DNA of 64,000 nucleotides from the human T2T-CHM13v2.0 reference genome, Homo sapiens. This document shows, piece after piece, positions 15,961 through 30,300 of this stretch. The stretch lies in the NCBI RefSeq assembly GCF_009914755.1, contig NC_060929.1. One strand, written 5' to 3'. A model generated the notes under the pieces. The model made no database searches. It was given only the letters and a program-made list of their open reading frames with translations, and was not told where the DNA came from. How positions within the stretch are numbered: position 1 is the first letter of the stretch; every line of letters starts with the position of its first letter. The position numbers were made by a program, and so were the translations under genes.

Positions 15961-16102
15961 AAGAACAAATGTTGATAATACCCATGTTGTCAAACAATAA
16001 CACAACTACAGCTATTTTACTTCTTTCAACAAACATTGAATCTATTTTCAAGTAATCTTAATTCAATTATTTAATGAAAAATAGACCATTGACATCTGGG
16101 GC

Positions 16103-16126
16103 TGTGTGTGTGTGTGTGTGTGTGTG
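16103..16126. repeat. (TG)12 microsatellite
   Basis: Read directly. Confidence 0.95.
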
Positions 16127-17074
16127 CATCACTGATTTGTACTTTTGAAACACTCCTATGCTGGCTATGTTGTAATTTCTTTTCATTTCTCCTGGATAAA
16201 GAATTATCTCTATTTGTAGAAGTTTTCTCACTAACAATACCATGCACTTTAGTCTACATTAGAATGAAGCTGCACAGGACTCTGCTTCTTCTTCTGCCTG
16301 TACAGAGCTGTCTTCTTCAATGAGCACATTGTACTGCTTTTCCTTCTCTTCCGGAGAGAGGAGGTTTCAGAGAAAGTGATATAAAGTTTGTGATTATCGC
16401 TTCAGAATTGAAACTGTTTTTACTGGCCCTTTAAATCATAGAGAACAATACTGCCCAAGCCACTGATATCCTATCTATATCGGGTGGCCACTTAAATGTT
16501 ATTTTTCTGCAGATCTTTGCACCTTTTCACATGTGTTTTCTTTAAGTTAAAACAAAAATAAATATGTTTTTGATTATTCATTTATTTCGGTCTGTTAAAA
16601 CTTGAGCTCCTTCAACTTATTTCGTGTTGGTTTAATTGCTTATAGAGGTTAAAATACTTTCAATGAAATAACCAATCTTGTACTCATTCTACTACGTAAC
16701 AGAGGGTATTTTCTTAGGATTTGTAAGGAAAATTCCCGAGTACCTTTTAGAAATTTTAGTATGTCTCAATTAAAATAAAATATTATTTTTTTGAAAAAAA
16801 GCTAAAATGTGTCAATTAGAAAAATGAGACTTATTGAAATTTCTGTAAAATAAATCACACATTTATATGACTTTCAGAAATATTGATAAAAGAATTTTAA
16901 TAATCATATTTATATTGTGGACTCAGGACAAGGTAAAAATATGTGCCCTTTTATTTACTTACTATCTAAAAATTAAAGGATTTATTCTGAATTTTGTTAA
17001 TATGAATCAAGTTCTATGTAAGCTATGGATATAATACAGTTATATTTCTTACTTTGGTGAAAAGTGATTTCACA

Positions 17075-17315
17075 GGAGTAGTGTAGAACCCCTGTTAAAA
17101 TCATGAGTCACACATAGTCCGTTTGAGTCGTGGTCTTGCCACACTACCTATGTTACCTGGGAAGCTGCTCTATTTCCTCCTAGGTATAAAAGGCATGACA
17201 ATTCGTATTTTGAAAGTTCATTAAAAGGCAACTGAAATAATATATAAAGAACTTTAGAGAGTTATTTGCTCATAATAAGCACTAAATAAGTGGTTGCTAT
17301 CATTGTTACTGTTAA
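17075..17315 (+). mobile_element. MIR
   Basis: Diverged MIR core and tail (cataataagcactaaataagtggttgctatcattgtt). Confidence 0.65.
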
Positions 17316-17584
17316 TAATATCAGTTTTAAAGTTTACTAAATATCATTGTCTTCTTCTGAATTGCTCCATCACTAGGGCAAGTTGCCTCTCCAAGATCCA
17401 TTTCAATTTTGACTTGTTCCTATACTTCCTTGATTTTTCTGGCTCTTATTGATCTCTCTAATTGCTTCATTAGTGATTCTTACCCCTTTCCCCCAAGTGA
17501 ATTGTAAATTCATAGAGATCAGGGATCATGCCTTCTATTACTTCTATTATTTCTGAATTCCTTAAAATATATTTATTATCTCAT

Positions 17585-18082
17585 TGTTATGGTTGTTTAT
17601 TGCTATATAATATACAATCCCAAAACTTAGTAACTTAAATGACAGCCATCTTATTAAGTCTCGTAATTTCTGTGGGTCAAAAATTTGGACGGAACATTGC
17701 TGAGTGATTCTTCTATTCCAGGTCACTGACAAGTGACAGAGTTACTTGGTGGCATTCACCCAGCAGATGGACATGGAAAGTCAAACTTTACTCACATGTT
17801 CGGTGCCTTGGCAGCACTAGTGGGAATATTGGGCATGGGTGGGAATGTCAGTAAGAGTGCCATTGCCTACATATGGAGTATGTGTCTTGCCCCTCCAGGA
17901 TGGTGACATCATGGTAGTTGGGCTTCTTACCAGCTCAAGTTCCCAAGTGCATGACCTTATATTACTCAGCCTCAGAAGGAAAGTAATTGTAGGCCCACTC
18001 AGGTGCATGGGAGGGGACATAGAGCCCATCTTTTGATGGGTGGAGTGTCAAATAATTGTAGCCATGGCTTAAAACTGCCACA
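17585..18082 (-). mobile_element. MaLR LTR, MLT1H-like
   Basis: cccaaaacttagtaacttaaa...tttctgtgggtcaaaaatttgg...cccatcttttgatgggtggagtgtcaa...aaaactgccaca. Confidence 0.8.
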
Positions 18083-18375
18083 ATCCTCTATGACACAAAG
18101 AATCCCTTGAGAGTGGACACTATATGCTGGTCACAGTTATATCATCAACTACGTCTTATAGATCAGAAGATACTCAATAAATAATTTTTAAAAGAGCCAA
18201 TAAGGCATTAGCTTTGAAAAAAATTATTAAAAACTTAGCCTTTTTTCATAGTCTCTGTAGTTAAGAAAAATTAAACTAATGATTTTGAAGTTTTTTTTTA
18301 TACAGAATCTAGTCTTTACTAACCTTTTCTACCATGAAACCATGACTATATTGAAAATTTTCTCATTTCTGTTTC

Positions 18376-18458
18376 CTTGAACTCCTAGCCTCGAGCAATC
18401 CTCCTGCATCAGCCTCCCAAAAGTCCTGGGATTACAAGCATGAACCACTGCACCTGGC
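18376..18458 (-). mobile_element. FLAM/AluJ left-arm fragment
   Basis: ttgaactcctagcctcgagcaatcctcctgcatcagcctcccaaaagtcctgggattacaagcatgaaccactgcacctggc. Confidence 0.85.
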
Positions 18459-18519
18459 TGCATTAGTGTTTCCTAAGCTTTATTAGTTTCTGACTCAATC
18501 TCTTTTCCTTTTGTCATCT

Positions 18520-18521
<2 letters not shown>

Positions 18522-18551
<30 letters not shown>
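18522..18551. repeat. (TG)15 microsatellite
   Basis: Read directly. Confidence 0.95.
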
Positions 18552-18552
<1 letters not shown>

Positions 18553-21500
18553 TTTGAAGTCAGAAGATATGATGTTTTCTGCCAATAATTCTGTGTAAGC
18601 CACTTCTTCAGTCACATTTGCTCTTTTGTAACAATAATGTGGCTAAGTTAGATGATATTTAAGGCTTCATACAGCTCTACAACTCTGCAACTATAGGTTT
18701 ATTATTCTTATAATAATATGAGAGAGAGGCATAGCATGGTACTAAGAGTACTGGTATTGTAGTCAATAGGGCATGGATGTTTGTTCCAGACCTGCCACCT
18801 GCTAGTGGTATAACTTTTAGAGATAATAATTTCTCTATTAAGTTTTCAGGGTTGTGGTAAATCTAATGACATAATGAATATGATAACCTGTAAAGAGTCG
18901 CATGTAATGGCCGAGAAACATTTCTCTATCCTCTTACGAGGCCAGGGAAGAAGAAAGTTATAAAGGGTTTTAAAGAGGACGTGTCATTACACTAAATACA
19001 ATTTTGGAGCACTTCTATGAACAGGCATCTATGCTGGAACATCTCCGGCTCCAAAACCTGCAACTAAGCACGGCCTATGCAAATATTATCCTTTTTCCTT
19101 ATTTGGAGGCTGCATTTCTAATCATTGAAAACATGCACATTGTCAGGGAAAGACACTGATAATTCAGCCACTGAGCCAGTATAGAGAAGTTATTCATTCC
19201 TGGGTTCAACCCAAGGTCAAAAACATCAAACCCCAACCATTAAGCAAAATGGTGACAGGCATGGTAGAGATGACCTGGAGTAAATATATTGCACAGAGGA
19301 AGCAAGGTCAGGAATACAACAGGCCTGAAAAAATGTTGCAGAGTCAAAGTCAGGAACAACTAGTTTAGAGTTCAGAGGTGTACATGAACAGAATCTTCCA
19401 GATGGAATAAAAGAGACCAGCAAAGGAGGAACCAGCCACCAACAAACTGGAGATGCAATGGAAATCCTCTGTGTCTAACTGCATTTATAAGCTGCATATC
19501 CTTCCAAACTCCATCTTCTCCACAGTCCAGACCTCCTTACCTTGGACAAATCTGGTGAAGACATAGAAAGCAATGTATTCTTACTTTCTTGCTGAAGAAG
19601 ACAGTTTGTTTTGGCCTTCCGTGCTCAGAGTAAAGATAGGGCTCACTTCTTAAAATCTGTCTCTTCAGTCAGCTTGAGCCCAACACTGTTTTGGATGTAT
19701 TATATTTTAACGTTCCCATTCAAAGGATGTTGAATCCAGTAGGTTTAAGAACACTCACTTTTTTTATTAGTGCGTACTTTTGTTCTCAGCAATGAGAATT
19801 TCTTCCTAATATTGTTTCAGTTCATCTAGGCTTAACAGAAAACATCACCTGTACCAGGGCAATATAAAAAATATACCTCTGTGTCTAGGGCCTAGGTGTG
19901 AATGGCACTATAATGGTTTGGTTGTGGGGCTATAATGTGTGATAATTTATGAAAATATAGAAAGGAATGGCCAATTTCTACATCCTGTTGTCCATATGGT
20001 GAAAGTCAAGAAAGGGTCAAGCTCTGCCTTGCCTTTGTTTAAAACACCTTTTTGAAGCCCAGTTCTTGGCCTGCCACTATGGAGACCTCTTCTGCAGCTC
20101 TGGGTGTCTGGGAAATGCCTGTTTCATTAGGACTCCTGACCCCTATCATTTTACACTTCAGAAGGAGTGACCAGCTCACTTAAAACAAAGAAGCTTTGAC
20201 CTTTCTCCCCTTCTGAAACCAAAAACAGATGAAATTAAAGTGACTCATTTCCGGTTCTAAATATACTCTAAGAAACATCTTTTTCAAGTAGTTTTGGGCT
20301 GCGAGTTTTTAAAAAAAATTTTGCCTTGTTTTTATTTTATATTTCCACATAAGTATCTCATTCCCTTTTTGTCAAGGTCAATGTATTTATTACTTATATT
20401 CATGGTGTAACTCACTATACTTTATTTTTCCTTCCAGCTTTCTTACTTTCTTCCTCTTTTTTCTTCTTTTTTTATCTGTGTTGTTTATAACTGTGACCCT
20501 TGATCTTCCAAGTCTTAAAACAGCTTGGCTTTCAGCAGCTAAATCTGACAAGGTCAGCATTTTTCTATTTATTCTGAGAATACTGTTTACCCTCTGGGGT
20601 TTTTAAAAGCAATTCTGTAAAACATCACTTGGAAAAGTTTGTAGCATTCATTGAGACTTCCATAAAGTCAGAACACAATAAATGACAATTTCTTGCTCTG
20701 ATTTTTGAAGTTTCAGACAATCATCACTACCTGATCATTTGGTGCCTAAACAGCTGCACTGACCAACATTTTAAAATTAAAATTATTAGATTAAAACAAT
20801 CAATATTATATAAATATAATTTATTTTACTTCAGTAGAATGCCTTTGACAACTTTAATCAAAACTAAACAAATAACTCTTGAGTTTTGCCTTTCAGAAAA
20901 TACTTCCATTAGAAATTGCATACACAGACATTATACTATTTATTTTAAGTTTTGAATGAGGATACAGAGGAAGCAGGCCTTTTCCGTAGCCAGGCTGTAG
21001 AACAAATCTACTTTTGATCAGAACTTAAGTTGCGAGACAGTTGGGGATCATAACTTATACTTAAGATACAAAATCTGTTTCTGAGCTGGTGAAATTGAGA
21101 ATGTTAGTAGAGAAAGACTAATGCATTTTCAAAGGTTCAAAGATATTCTACCAGGCCTGGTACAGCTCTACATTCACTAGAGCTACTGTGGACACCTCTG
21201 CATCCCTGTGAACAGACCAGTTTACAAACTTTGAGATCAAGCTGAAAATATAACTTCCTAGCTGTGCAGTTTCAGTTCAGAAAGTCTCACCACTGCATCC
21301 AGAATTCTCTGCAATAGGCTTGATGGGGAAGCCAAAGTATGTAATATGTTCCAATCTTGTTAAGAAGCTTATTCACTAGACTATAAGGGGAAAAAAAAAT
21401 TAACTCCAGAAAATGTACTGCATTAACAAACTGAGACTCTCTGGTGGTAGACAGGCTTGGAGAGGGGTGAGAGTATAAGTGTGCCATTGCAAATGTTTTG

Positions 21501-22262
21501 TAGTGTCTTCGGGAAGAGTGGGGCTCTTGAATCCCTAGCTCAGGAGAATCAAGGAGCAGGTGGTGCCTGGGAGGCTAAACACTGCTAAGTCTGCATTTAT
21601 TCCTTTAGCTGTATCTGTGCATTAATTCAATAAGATGGTCTAATAAAATAATGCATTTTCAAAATGCTTAGCTGGCATTTGGGGAGGGGGTGGGCATTTT
21701 CATTATTTACTAAGGAATGCATTTTGAAGGAATTTGTGACTGAAGACAGCTTGCGCTGTAGGCTGCTCTCGCCTCCAGGGGTCACCCTTCCCTTTAATGA
21801 CTATACAACAATAGTCTGAGACCCCCACCCTCAGGGACTTTAGTCTTTTAGCAATTTCTCGTGCCCTAGTAACTCTGAGAATTCCAGAGACTGCTTATAT
21901 GTCTCAGAACCTGTGCTGGTGGTCGCTTTCACCCCTCCCAGCCATCTGTCTCTGTCTACAGTCACACCCTCCGCCGGCACCCTCTGGCTGCCTGAGTCTG
22001 ACTTCCCTCAAGCCATTTCTGCTCCCTTCATGCCATTTTGTGCTAAGTGTGGACATGAGTCTGTCTCATTATTCCCCACAGCACAGTCAATAGCAGGTTC
22101 AAATATCTAACAAAATTTTGCTGAAGGCTTAGGGATAACTGTAAGAAAGAAATAATAAGAAAAAAAAAGAAAGAAAATAAATATAGAATAAAACACTAGA
22201 TTTATATGACTTCCCCAAGTGTGCACACCTCCAGAAGCTTCCTCCTAAACGTCTCTCTCCTT

Positions 22263-22265
<3 letters not shown>

Positions 22266-22297
<32 letters not shown>
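22266..22297. repeat. (AC)16 microsatellite
   Basis: Read directly. Confidence 0.95.
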
Positions 22298-22301
<4 letters not shown>

Positions 22302-25300
22302 CTTACTTCACATTATACTGGCTAGCCTGCTTCTGTCTCATCTAGAATTAAGACCCTCAAATTCTTTGTGACCTCCACGGGGGAAACTTTATTTTCTTGA
22401 AAGAAAACATGATGTGATCTGCAAAGAATACGATTATTTGTATTATCATATATGGGAGTTTATCTCACCAATATATCAAAATTTCTCATTCAAAATAAAA
22501 TATTTGCTTTATCTTATTTTGATCAAGATGGGAGGAAAAGCTGTGCAGTTTAAAGGACAGGATGTTCCTTTCTTCCAGTAGTTAATTTTCAAACAAATTT
22601 TGGTGACCACCTGGGTACCCTGTTTCACTGGTAAGTTCGTATCTAAAATGAAGCACCCAGTGTGATTTAAGGAGAGGTCCTGGCATCTTGAGATCACTCA
22701 GAATCAAAGGCAATATGCGAATATCAAAGTTGCAAGTATAAAGGGATAAGGCAAGAACTGGAGCCTGCAGGCTGATGAGTCCCCTAGTTCTAGCCTTAGC
22801 CAGTGTAGACTGAGGATAGCAACACTTTTGGGGGAAAAGCGAGTGACTGTGTACGGAGAGTCATGAGATGGAAAAGAAAACTGCAAAAGTGATCAGAAAC
22901 TCAGATTTTTAACATATTATGTCTTCTTGGTGGAATGGAATTTTCTTTGTAAAGACTAGGGGTTGATTAGAAAAACCCGGGAAGGTTAACTCTGAGTTAG
23001 CCTGGGGTAAAGATGAGAGACATGACATAAAACGTTTCTCTGAAGTCTGTCATTGTGCTTTTACCTCCCCTGATCTGCAGGGACTTAAACATGTAGGCAC
23101 TCGGACAGGGCAATAATTTGGTTTCTCTGCAAACCAGTATAGTTAAAGTATTTGTTCCCATTTATTCAGAGCAGGACTTCATGAGGGAAAGATTAAGAAA
23201 GAAGAGTCCCATTGGAAGCAGCTTTCACCTCTGACCTAGAACTCAAATACCTCACTCAGTAAACTGAAGACATTTCTGGGAAAATATGTTGTTGACCAGC
23301 TACTGTTATTTGACCAGTTCATCCTCACTCCGAGTGGCTTTTCAAAGTATGTCACCCAAAAGTGTACATATATTATGTTCCTTGGAATTTTTCTGATAAA
23401 TATAATTCTTCCATCCTGTTAATTTTCTAATAATGTCCTAGTACCCTTAAAGACAGCAGCCCTGGGCACTGCCCATCTAGTTCACCTCTCAGTATGACTT
23501 GGCCAGTCTCATACCAGTGCCTCCTGGAGTTATTGATGTTAGTACCATTGAATACACATACCTTCTTTCCTGCTTATCTACATGACAGAAAACAAAAAGT
23601 GCATCTCAAAGCACAGGATCTTGGCTCAGGTGGACTCCTACTAAATGCTGTTCAATTGAAATGAATAGAAGTGCTGGGTCTAAGGGCATGAAGAACTATT
23701 GTTTTTAGAGGCCAAGGTGCATAAGATGTATATCTAAAATATTCCTGAGCTTCAGTCATCTGAGTGTGGTAAGTCAAATGAAGTTTGAGGACACTTCTTT
23801 GTACCACTGAGTCTTAAGGAAATATTTCTTAAAAATTTCCCGAGGAATATGCTAACATTCTAACTTGTTTAATAAATAGAACTTTGTGGACTTCACAACT
23901 CTGCCACTTCATTAACATGTTTTGCATGTAAATTTCTAATTGGTTTCTTTATACTCACTTTTAAGATGAATACATTCTTCTGTGTTAACATTTTATATAA
24001 AATCATGGTCTAGACTTGTACATGTACTGCTAAAATTAAATCATCAATAATCACTATCTAAAATGAATTACATTCTAAAAGCTCTGGCTAATGATTTATC
24101 TCTTCTTCATGGAACCGATCTCTATCAGATTGATTTATGTAGCAACCAATCATGTTTCAGTAAACTGCAGCATGCACATGCATCTTAAATGATGATAAGC
24201 TGTGACTGTCCATTTATTTGTATAACACTAGCAACAACACAAAAAAGAAAGAAAAGAAGGAAAAAGAAAGTCCCCACCTCTTACAAAAGCATCACAGGAT
24301 GACCAAATCCTCTAAGAAATGATAATGGCCAATTCTATATCAAATTTCAGAATTACTGATATAGTATCATGCATATGCAAAAACAGTCACAAAAATGGTG
24401 AACATTAAAATGGTGACATTTGATACAGAGAATTCTTTGCCTTTGCATGTTTACATTATTTGCTTTGATAGCAAGGTACCTTTTTGCACATTAACATTAT
24501 TTGCTTTGATAGTCAATGCTTTTGTTAGTTGTTGAAGTGATTGACAACCTCATGCTGTTCTATTTAATTGCCTTTTCTGCAATGCAAGGTTCTGTGTTTA
24601 GAAGATGCTGTTTCATAAATAAATCCAAAGTGTGTGTGTGTGTATGTGTGTGCCTGTGTGTGAACTACAGAGGTTTCATTTCTCAAGCTAATTCTGTAAC
24701 TATTCAGCAACAGCTGTCGCCATATTTATCTGTATTTACACTGGAGTTCATTCTCATCTTTCATGTTTTTTGCCTTTTCCGTATTTAAGGAAACTCACGG
24801 ATGTCCTTAAGTGAATGAACACCTTTTTACGAAGCTATTCATGTTTGAGGAAAGAGTAGAGATATTGGACATATCATGTTTTAGCAAAATGTGTAGAAGG
24901 TTTAAATTTTCAAGACCTAAACAATTATTTCCCACAAGACTACTCCTAAGATTTAAAACCCCTCAACATTTTGCATTGTGCCTAAATTTACTTTATATCT
25001 TTTGCATTTGTTCTCTAAATTAATAGTAAAGTAGCATCTTTTTCTAGTTAACAAATATAATACAGAAACACTTCTGCTAAAGGGTTTGCCACATGATTTT
25101 TAAAACTCTCTCATTGAGAGTTTGGTCAACATTATTGAGTTAGACAATATATGTAATTCAATATTGTTAAAATCTTTAACAAATTTTTATTATTTAACCT
25201 AAAAATGAAGTTCAAATAATTCTTAAAAGTAAGTTATAATTAAGACATCTTATTATAGTTGTATTCAGGACATGTTTCAAGACAGTTATTACGCTTTTTT

Positions 25301-25640
25301 GAAAATGTGGTCAACTCTTGGTTTTTTGTTATAAAGCTAGATGATTTTTAACACATTGGATAACAAATTCTGTAGGATTCTACAGCTCAACATGCATGGA
25401 ATAAATGCTATGGTAACTTGTTCCTCATCCTTTGCTGTGAGCATAAGTTTAAAAAAACAATGAATTCAGTGGTAGAGAAATTAATTTCAGACTGATGTTT
25501 CTAACTAGTCTGAGAAATAAAAGTTGGATCACTTGTGATTATCCAATTGCTAAATGAGGCAGAGTGATTTTTTTAAATGCTGAAATATAAATCCTGACAG
25601 TGCCACTCAGTCACTGTTAATTGTATAAATCTCTTAACGA

Positions 25641-25939
25641 TTTTTTGTTTGCTTTGAGATAGTGTCTCCATCTGTCACCCAGGCAGGAGTGCAGTGGCGC
25701 AATCTCAGCTCACTGCAACCTCTGCCTGCTGGGTTTAAGCAATTCTCTTGTGCCTCAGCCTCCTGAATAGCTGGGACTACAGGTGTGCACCACCATACCT
25801 GGCTAATTTTTGTATTTTTAGTAGAGACGGGGTTTCGCCATGTTGATCAAGCTGATCTTGAAATCCTGACCTCACACAATCTGCCCACCTCAGCCTCCCG
25901 AAGTGCTAGGATTACAGGCATGAGCCACCGCATTCGGCC
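25641..25939 (-). mobile_element. AluS (Sx/Sz-like) inserted into a MIR
   Basis: Full antisense dimer; MIR text on both sides (aatcctgacagtgccactc / ttcatctgtaaaataaaaat); flanks aacgatt / aaccatt. Confidence 0.93.
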
Positions 25940-26004
25940 AACCATTCTGAGTTCACTTTTTTCATCTGTAAAATAAAAATAAATAGTAACTACTTTATAG
26001 GAAA

Positions 26005-26225
26005 CAACCAACACTGGATTATGTGGAGGGAAGGGAGCCAGGAGAATAAATGCCCAGCCCTCACTCTCCACTTTCTGTATCTCACCTCACAATGGACAAA
26101 TCCAACCCCAGTCTGGAAGGCAGGAGACCATGGATACAGTTCCCAGGGAGTCTCCAGAGCAGAGAGCAGGATGCAGAATGGTGAAGAGCGGATTCTGAGA
26201 CATAAATGGAAAATGCTAGAATAGA
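26005..26225 (-). mobile_element. LTR33-like ERVL LTR fragment
   Basis: aaatccaaccccagtctggaaggcaggagacc...cagagagcaggatgcagaatggtgaagagcggattctg. Confidence 0.6.
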
Positions 26226-27026
26226 CATGAAAAAAAAAAGGAATAAGGCCATAAGACAAAGAGCCCAGAAAGATCTCATTTCTATAATAAAGTTGGAGAA
26301 AAATATAGAGGAGATAACACATAGGTGGAACATTGAAGAACAGAGCCAACCATGCAAAGACACAGGCAGAGAAAATTCTAAGCTGAAAGAAGAGTATTGG
26401 CAATGGCCCTATGGCAAGAAGTAGCTCATTGTATTATGTGATTTGAAGGAAGACTCATGTGACTTCACAAGTCAAAGTAAGAAATGTAGACTTAATTGGG
26501 TATGCAATGTGTTTTAAGCAGAGGAGTGCCATTTAGAATGACCCTTCTGGAAGCTGTGTAAAGAATGACTTGAACCAGAAAAATGGGGAGAAAATAAAGA
26601 AAATAAAAAGAAGAAAAGAACAATTTTTAAAAATCCAAACATGTAATCAAATAGATATCACAAGGCAAAACCAAATGATTAAACACCAAATGAATCACAT
26701 AGACCACAAAGCTCGTAAGTGTTCAGAGACAGAACAGTGCCTTTCAACTTGAGTTGGTAATAAAGGTTTTATGGAAGCTTGGCTTTAAACTGAAATTTAA
26801 AGGCTGATGTAGAATGGTAACAAGTGGAGGAAAAGGGAGAGCCAATTCCAGAATAAGAAGAAATGGAAGTTGGATAGTTACAGGAATATTTGGGGAAGAA
26901 TGAAAGAAGCTTTTTTTCTGGAAAGGAGTAAAGGGGAGGCCCAGGAAGGGAGGGAGAATAACATTTGCTGGCCATTAGTGACTTAATTTTCTGCTCTTCT
27001 CTGATAAAGTTATAATTCATAAGCAG

Positions 27027-27389
27027 TGTATTAGTCTGTTCTTATACTGCTATGAAGACATGTACCTAAGACTGGGTAATTTAAAAAGAAAACAGGTTTA
27101 ATTGACTCACAGTTCCACATGGCTGGGGAGGCCTCAAGAAACTTACAATCACGGTGGAAGGAGAAGCAAGTACGTCTTACATGGCGGCAGGTGAGACAGA
27201 GAGAGAGAGAGAGAACATGCAGGAAAAACTACCACTTATAAAACCATCAGATCTCGTAAGAATTCACTCACTATCATGAGAACAGCATAGGGGAAACCTC
27301 CCCCATAATACAATCACTTCTCTCTATGGACATGTGGGGATTACAATTTGAGATGAGATTTGGGTGCAACACAGAGCCAAACTCTATCA
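27027..27389 (-). mobile_element. THE1D-like MaLR solo LTR
   Basis: tgtattagtc...aaaccatcagatctcgt...ggggattacaatttgagatgagatttgggt...tatca; 5-bp TSD agcag/accag. Confidence 0.9.
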
Positions 27390-30300
27390 ACCAGGTAGGT
27401 ATTTCAATGAGTTTTGTGAGATTTTCAGGTACTATGTACACTAGGGAGATACTTCGGGATTTGCCCCCTCAAATTACATCACATAACCAAGCTATCAACT
27501 GCTGACCCACTTGTGGAAATCTGGTTCTGACTAAAATTCTCCAAAGTTCAGAAATACCTGAATTAAAATGTGATTGCAGCAAGGCTTGCCAAGCCAGTGA
27601 TAACAGTATTACTTGTGTTATCTGCTGTTTTAGAGTGTTCATATCATTGTTTCCTTGGTGAAGATAATTGAGAAAAAACTATGTATTTATTTGTTCTCAC
27701 TAGTTTTTTAAACTAAGAAATCTGATACTATTAATAATTGAAAATGAGTTGTCATTTTACTGGCCTACAAAACACTGGACAAAGTAGAGATTGCAGTTAT
27801 ATAAATTTTGACGAATATAGTTTTAGTATTAAAAGATAAATATTAAAAATTATTTTTGAGACATTAAAGCCTCAACTTCATTGTTATACTGTGCATGTAT
27901 ATTTTATGTTGAATGGTATGTTTGTTTTTCCTGTAAATGGCATAGAATTTTCAAAATTGGGGTATTTTTCTTCCAGAATGCATTTATTTCTCCCCTGAAG
28001 TTTAATGTAAGGAATGTAATTAGCAATATACTTAGTTCTACAAATAATTTTTTTAAAACTGTTATATTCCATATCAACATTAAGCAATCAAAATGAATAT
28101 TATGTATTCATGTATGAATTGAAGACTCAGAGAATTTAAGACATTTGCTCAAGGTCACATAACAAATAAAGGACACAACTGAAGCTTGAATTGAAAAACA
28201 ATGGGAGAAAATCATTTTCTCATATCCCTTGTTTGCAATACTTTGAACCTCCCTCTGAGGGCATCAGAGTCATTAATAAACTCACAGTAATCTCAATTTC
28301 CTTGTAAGGAAGGTAAAAAATTGTACATATGTTTGTATTTCACAACAAGGCTAGTAATGACCGAGTGAAATTCAGATAAAGAGAGTAAACCGGACTTTTA
28401 CCAAGAGTCGTGCTGCAAAGTGGCTTCACTTACTACACTCAAAGCACTTCTTATAGTTCATAATGCTATTGTCTCTGTGATTGTTTGATTCATGCCTTTT
28501 TCAATAGACTGTAAGAAAATGAACAATTGAACATTAGTATTCCAAATTAATTCATCCTTGAAATGCTTTTGGCTCTCTTTCTACATCAATCTGAAACCCA
28601 CACTTTCATCAAGCCTATAGTATATTTCCACCAGCTCTATGTACACTTCCTGATTATAGAACCCATTCTTTATCCCCCTTTGTTTATCACACTCCATCTT
28701 ACTTTTGCAGATTGTCTTTTCCCTAATGAGTGCAGTTTTCATGGAAAAAACCCAGGTTTCTGTCTTACCCGTAAGAAAATCAGGGGTTCCTGCATCTCTT
28801 TCTTTTCCAAAACTCTCCTCTCACCTTGCTTTACCTTCACGTGAGCTTGGCTAATTGAAGCCTCTTTACTGGGGCTTTAAATCTTGAGCAGGAAAATACA
28901 AGAACAGAATACAAGAACAAGCACAGAAGAAAAGACTAAAAGCAATCATTTTAAAGGACCACATCAGAAGCCTATATACAAATTCAATCAATATCTGTTG
29001 AATTAATTTTGAATTCAAGGACTACATAAGAAAATAATCATCAAATAAGGAAACTGTTCATTGAGTTAGATTTTCCTAATAAGATCTGAAAACATCAAAA
29101 TGCGGACAATTCATTAACCACAATATCTTCTATAAAATGAAGTCTCATTCATGTTGAAATTCTGCAATTTTTTGCTAAACACTGGACTGAAGACTTTTAT
29201 CTCATTGTTAAAGTCCATTAATAAGGCCAATAGAAGAGAGAGGAATGTGGAATTAATAGGCAAAAGAAAGTGAAGTAATAAAATGAAGTCCGTCATGGCC
29301 CATGGCCTTTTCTGCAATATTTTAGTACATTCCTTTGATAAGCAAATACCAAGATCGCATTGCATTCATAACATACTAGGAATTTGCACAAGTAGAGGTT
29401 GATTTCATTTCTTATGATTCAAAAATTCTAAATGATTCTCAGTGCTTGCAAACATCATAGTTGCTGGTATTTGAAAATTTCACTGTGTTGTCAATAATTT
29501 TTAAAAATAAAAAATTATATCAAATGCAGAAAACAGTCCATAGGGGTGTAAATAAGCCATAGAAGTAATGGCAATACTGCCTGCTTATATAGAACTTTAC
29601 TGTTTAAAAGCACTTTAACAATTGTGGTTCAAATAATTTACATTATATGAAAGGAATTACTATGGAGGAATTAATAGGTTTAAATACCACTCACACATAC
29701 AATATATAGAGACATAATATTTCATTTAAAAATTCAGTTTATTAGAAAACATATATATATTTATATATATATTTATTTTTTTCAATGACTTTGCCATAAG
29801 AACATATATTATTTCTCCCAAAGTAAGTAAATGTTGGCTTTTCACACACAAAAGATGATAAGGATAATGTTGAAATATTATTTCTCACAGCAATGTTTAA
29901 AGCATTTGTATTATGTAAATAATTCATGTATTTTTTTCTTGTTAATACCAATTTGTATAACTATGTATGAGGAATGTTAAGAAATGCCTCATCAGGAGGA
30001 GATGAAAGGCTGGCAAAACTTGAAAAATTGAAAGCTAAACAGAAGTGATGGTTATAGTCCTCCTTTCACATTAGAAACTATAAAATTTTCCTGTTTTGTC
30101 CCATTTCTCAGTTGGAACATACTCTCACGGAGGAAACACAGATAGATGAAAAATTAACTTCTTTTCTTCTTTAAGAAAACATAAGCAGAATCACTTTTGA
30201 TTTCTTTAAGTAGTTCAATAAACAATGAGTACTATTTTAAAACTACAGGCATTCCATGGGAATTTCTCTAGAAAGAAATAACTTATATTGAATGTCATTT

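Noticed and set aside
24453-24512. Repeat-spacer-repeat pattern suggestive of CRISPR
   Set aside because: Only two units, eukaryotic context, no cas genes; a simple tandem duplication.
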